Positions 62,774 through 64,000 of a DNA stretch of 64,000 nt are shown here, piece after piece (position 1 is the first letter of the stretch; each line of letters begins with the position of its first letter). The DNA is from Chiloscyllium plagiosum. Taxonomy: Eukaryota. Below the pieces are notes generated by a model. The model was not told the DNA's origin. It searched no databases and saw only the letters and a list, made by a program, of their open reading frames with translations. The position numbers and the translations under genes were made by a program. The stretch spans positions 15,304,738-15,368,737 of the forward strand of contig NC_057714.1 of the NCBI RefSeq assembly GCF_004010195.1, read 5' to 3'.

Positions 62774-64000
62774 ATTTCAGGATATGCAAAAGGCCAGAGT
62801 CAGGGAAACAAAATGTTCAATGAATGGGTTGAATGGCTGGAGAAAGTTCAGTGATAAGGAGGGACAGGACAATGACAAGGATGGAAATTTTAAAATGGAT
62901 GCCCTGAGGAAAAAAGAGTTAATATAGGTCAGCAAGAATGGGATATTAAATAAGAAAGATTTGGCACCAGAGAAACTATGCATAGTAAACATGTGAATGA
63001 AGCAAAGTTTGCACTGGCTGGAGGAGTGGAAGCTGACTAGGAGACCATTATAATAATTGAGTTCACAGGTGACAAAGAAAGAGATGACATTTTCATCAGG
63101 AGACAGGCTGAGGGAGGGATGATGTGATGATATGGGGTCATATGTTCAGCTGAAAGGCAAATGGAATGCCAACTTTTCCTAATTTCTGGTGCTCAGCAAT
63201 GGCCGAGGAACAGAATTAAATCAATGGTGAGTATACAGAATCTGTGGCCATAGTGCCCAAAGCCTTTAGTTTTCCTATTGATTTAAAATTCATCAATGAG
63301 TAAATATCAAAACAGGAAACCCACAACACAGAGATACTCAGGAACAATGTTAGTGAGATAACCACACAGTTTTTGAGCTTGTATACTGTTATGGAGGCAC
63401 TTCCATTATATAAACACTTTTTGAGGACTGAGAGCTGAAGGATTCTGAAAATTGGTTCATTTGAGCTGCTGATGAGTTACTGGACACTGAAGAGATAATG
63501 TGGGATATATTTTTTAAAAAAGCATTTTCTGGAAGTCACAGGTCTTCTGCCAACTTTTTGGACTAACTGGAAGTCACATGTTTGTGTTTATGGCTATCAA
63601 GAGTTGTAGCTCTTATGATATTATTTACAGTTCAGTTGGTGCATAGCCTTTGATAAGCTAAGAACACAAACTCAGCTGTTTACATCTTTCTGAACAAAAT
63701 GTTGAGAATTCCATATGAAAGCTGAAAAACTGAAACAACTGATCTTCCTGAAAGGCTTGTAGAAGACCTGTTTCCAAGATTGCCTGAATTAACTGCATTT
63801 GAAGAGATTAAAGGAATATCTGTCTGTGCCTAATGATCCACCTAAATGTACAAGAATGTTAAACTGAAAACAATCCAGAACATATATGTTATATTACAGA
63901 AACAAACAGTTCTGAAGAAATCCAGCATCTGTGAAGGAAGAAACAATGTTAACATTTCAAATTCAGTATGATCTTTCTTTGGTCTTCTGTAGAAGAGTCA

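Larger units (their letters stand above)
59560..63400 (-). mobile_element. Highly decayed L2-like LINE segments with nested younger elements
   Basis: Purine-rich + strand with L2-like 3' pattern TTCACAGG..TTATCAAACAAAAGCTGACAC..TTGGTCAAGA. Boundaries are approximate. Confidence 0.45.

Noticed and set aside
63385-64000. Possible solo LTR and a sixth, older pLTR fold-back at the window edge
   Set aside because: No second terminus, TSD or complete arm is visible within the window.

Overview
Eukaryotic, AT-rich and repeat-dense DNA, almost certainly from a cartilaginous fish (shark). The evidence is eleven HE1-type V-SINEs and many HER1/CR1 LINE 3' ends with (ACTCTATG)n tails. An orectolobiform such as a bamboo shark is a guess. 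I find no intact host protein-coding gene, tRNA, rRNA or CRISPR array: the supplied ORFs are TE fragments or chance ORFs, so this is intergenic or deep-intronic sequence. It contains HE1 SINEs; CR1/HER1, L2, RTE and Rex1-like LINE relics; a TIR-bounded PIF/Harbinger element (HARBI1-like transposase plus spliced Myb/SANT gene) and two more Myb/SANT relics; a Gypsy LTR fragment with Gmr1-like domain order; a Tigger-like MITE; two assembly gaps; and several TE-free islands that may be enhancers. The most notable signal is a set of tiny Penelope-derived units carrying minimal hammerhead ribozyme motifs. Five are 170-280 bp fold-back palindromes, each flanked by a 13-19 bp target-site duplication (TSD). 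A second family forms a ~330-nt tandem unit plus an inverted copy, resembling a retrozyme. All family assignments come from motif recognition by eye, and coordinates of old repeats are approximate.
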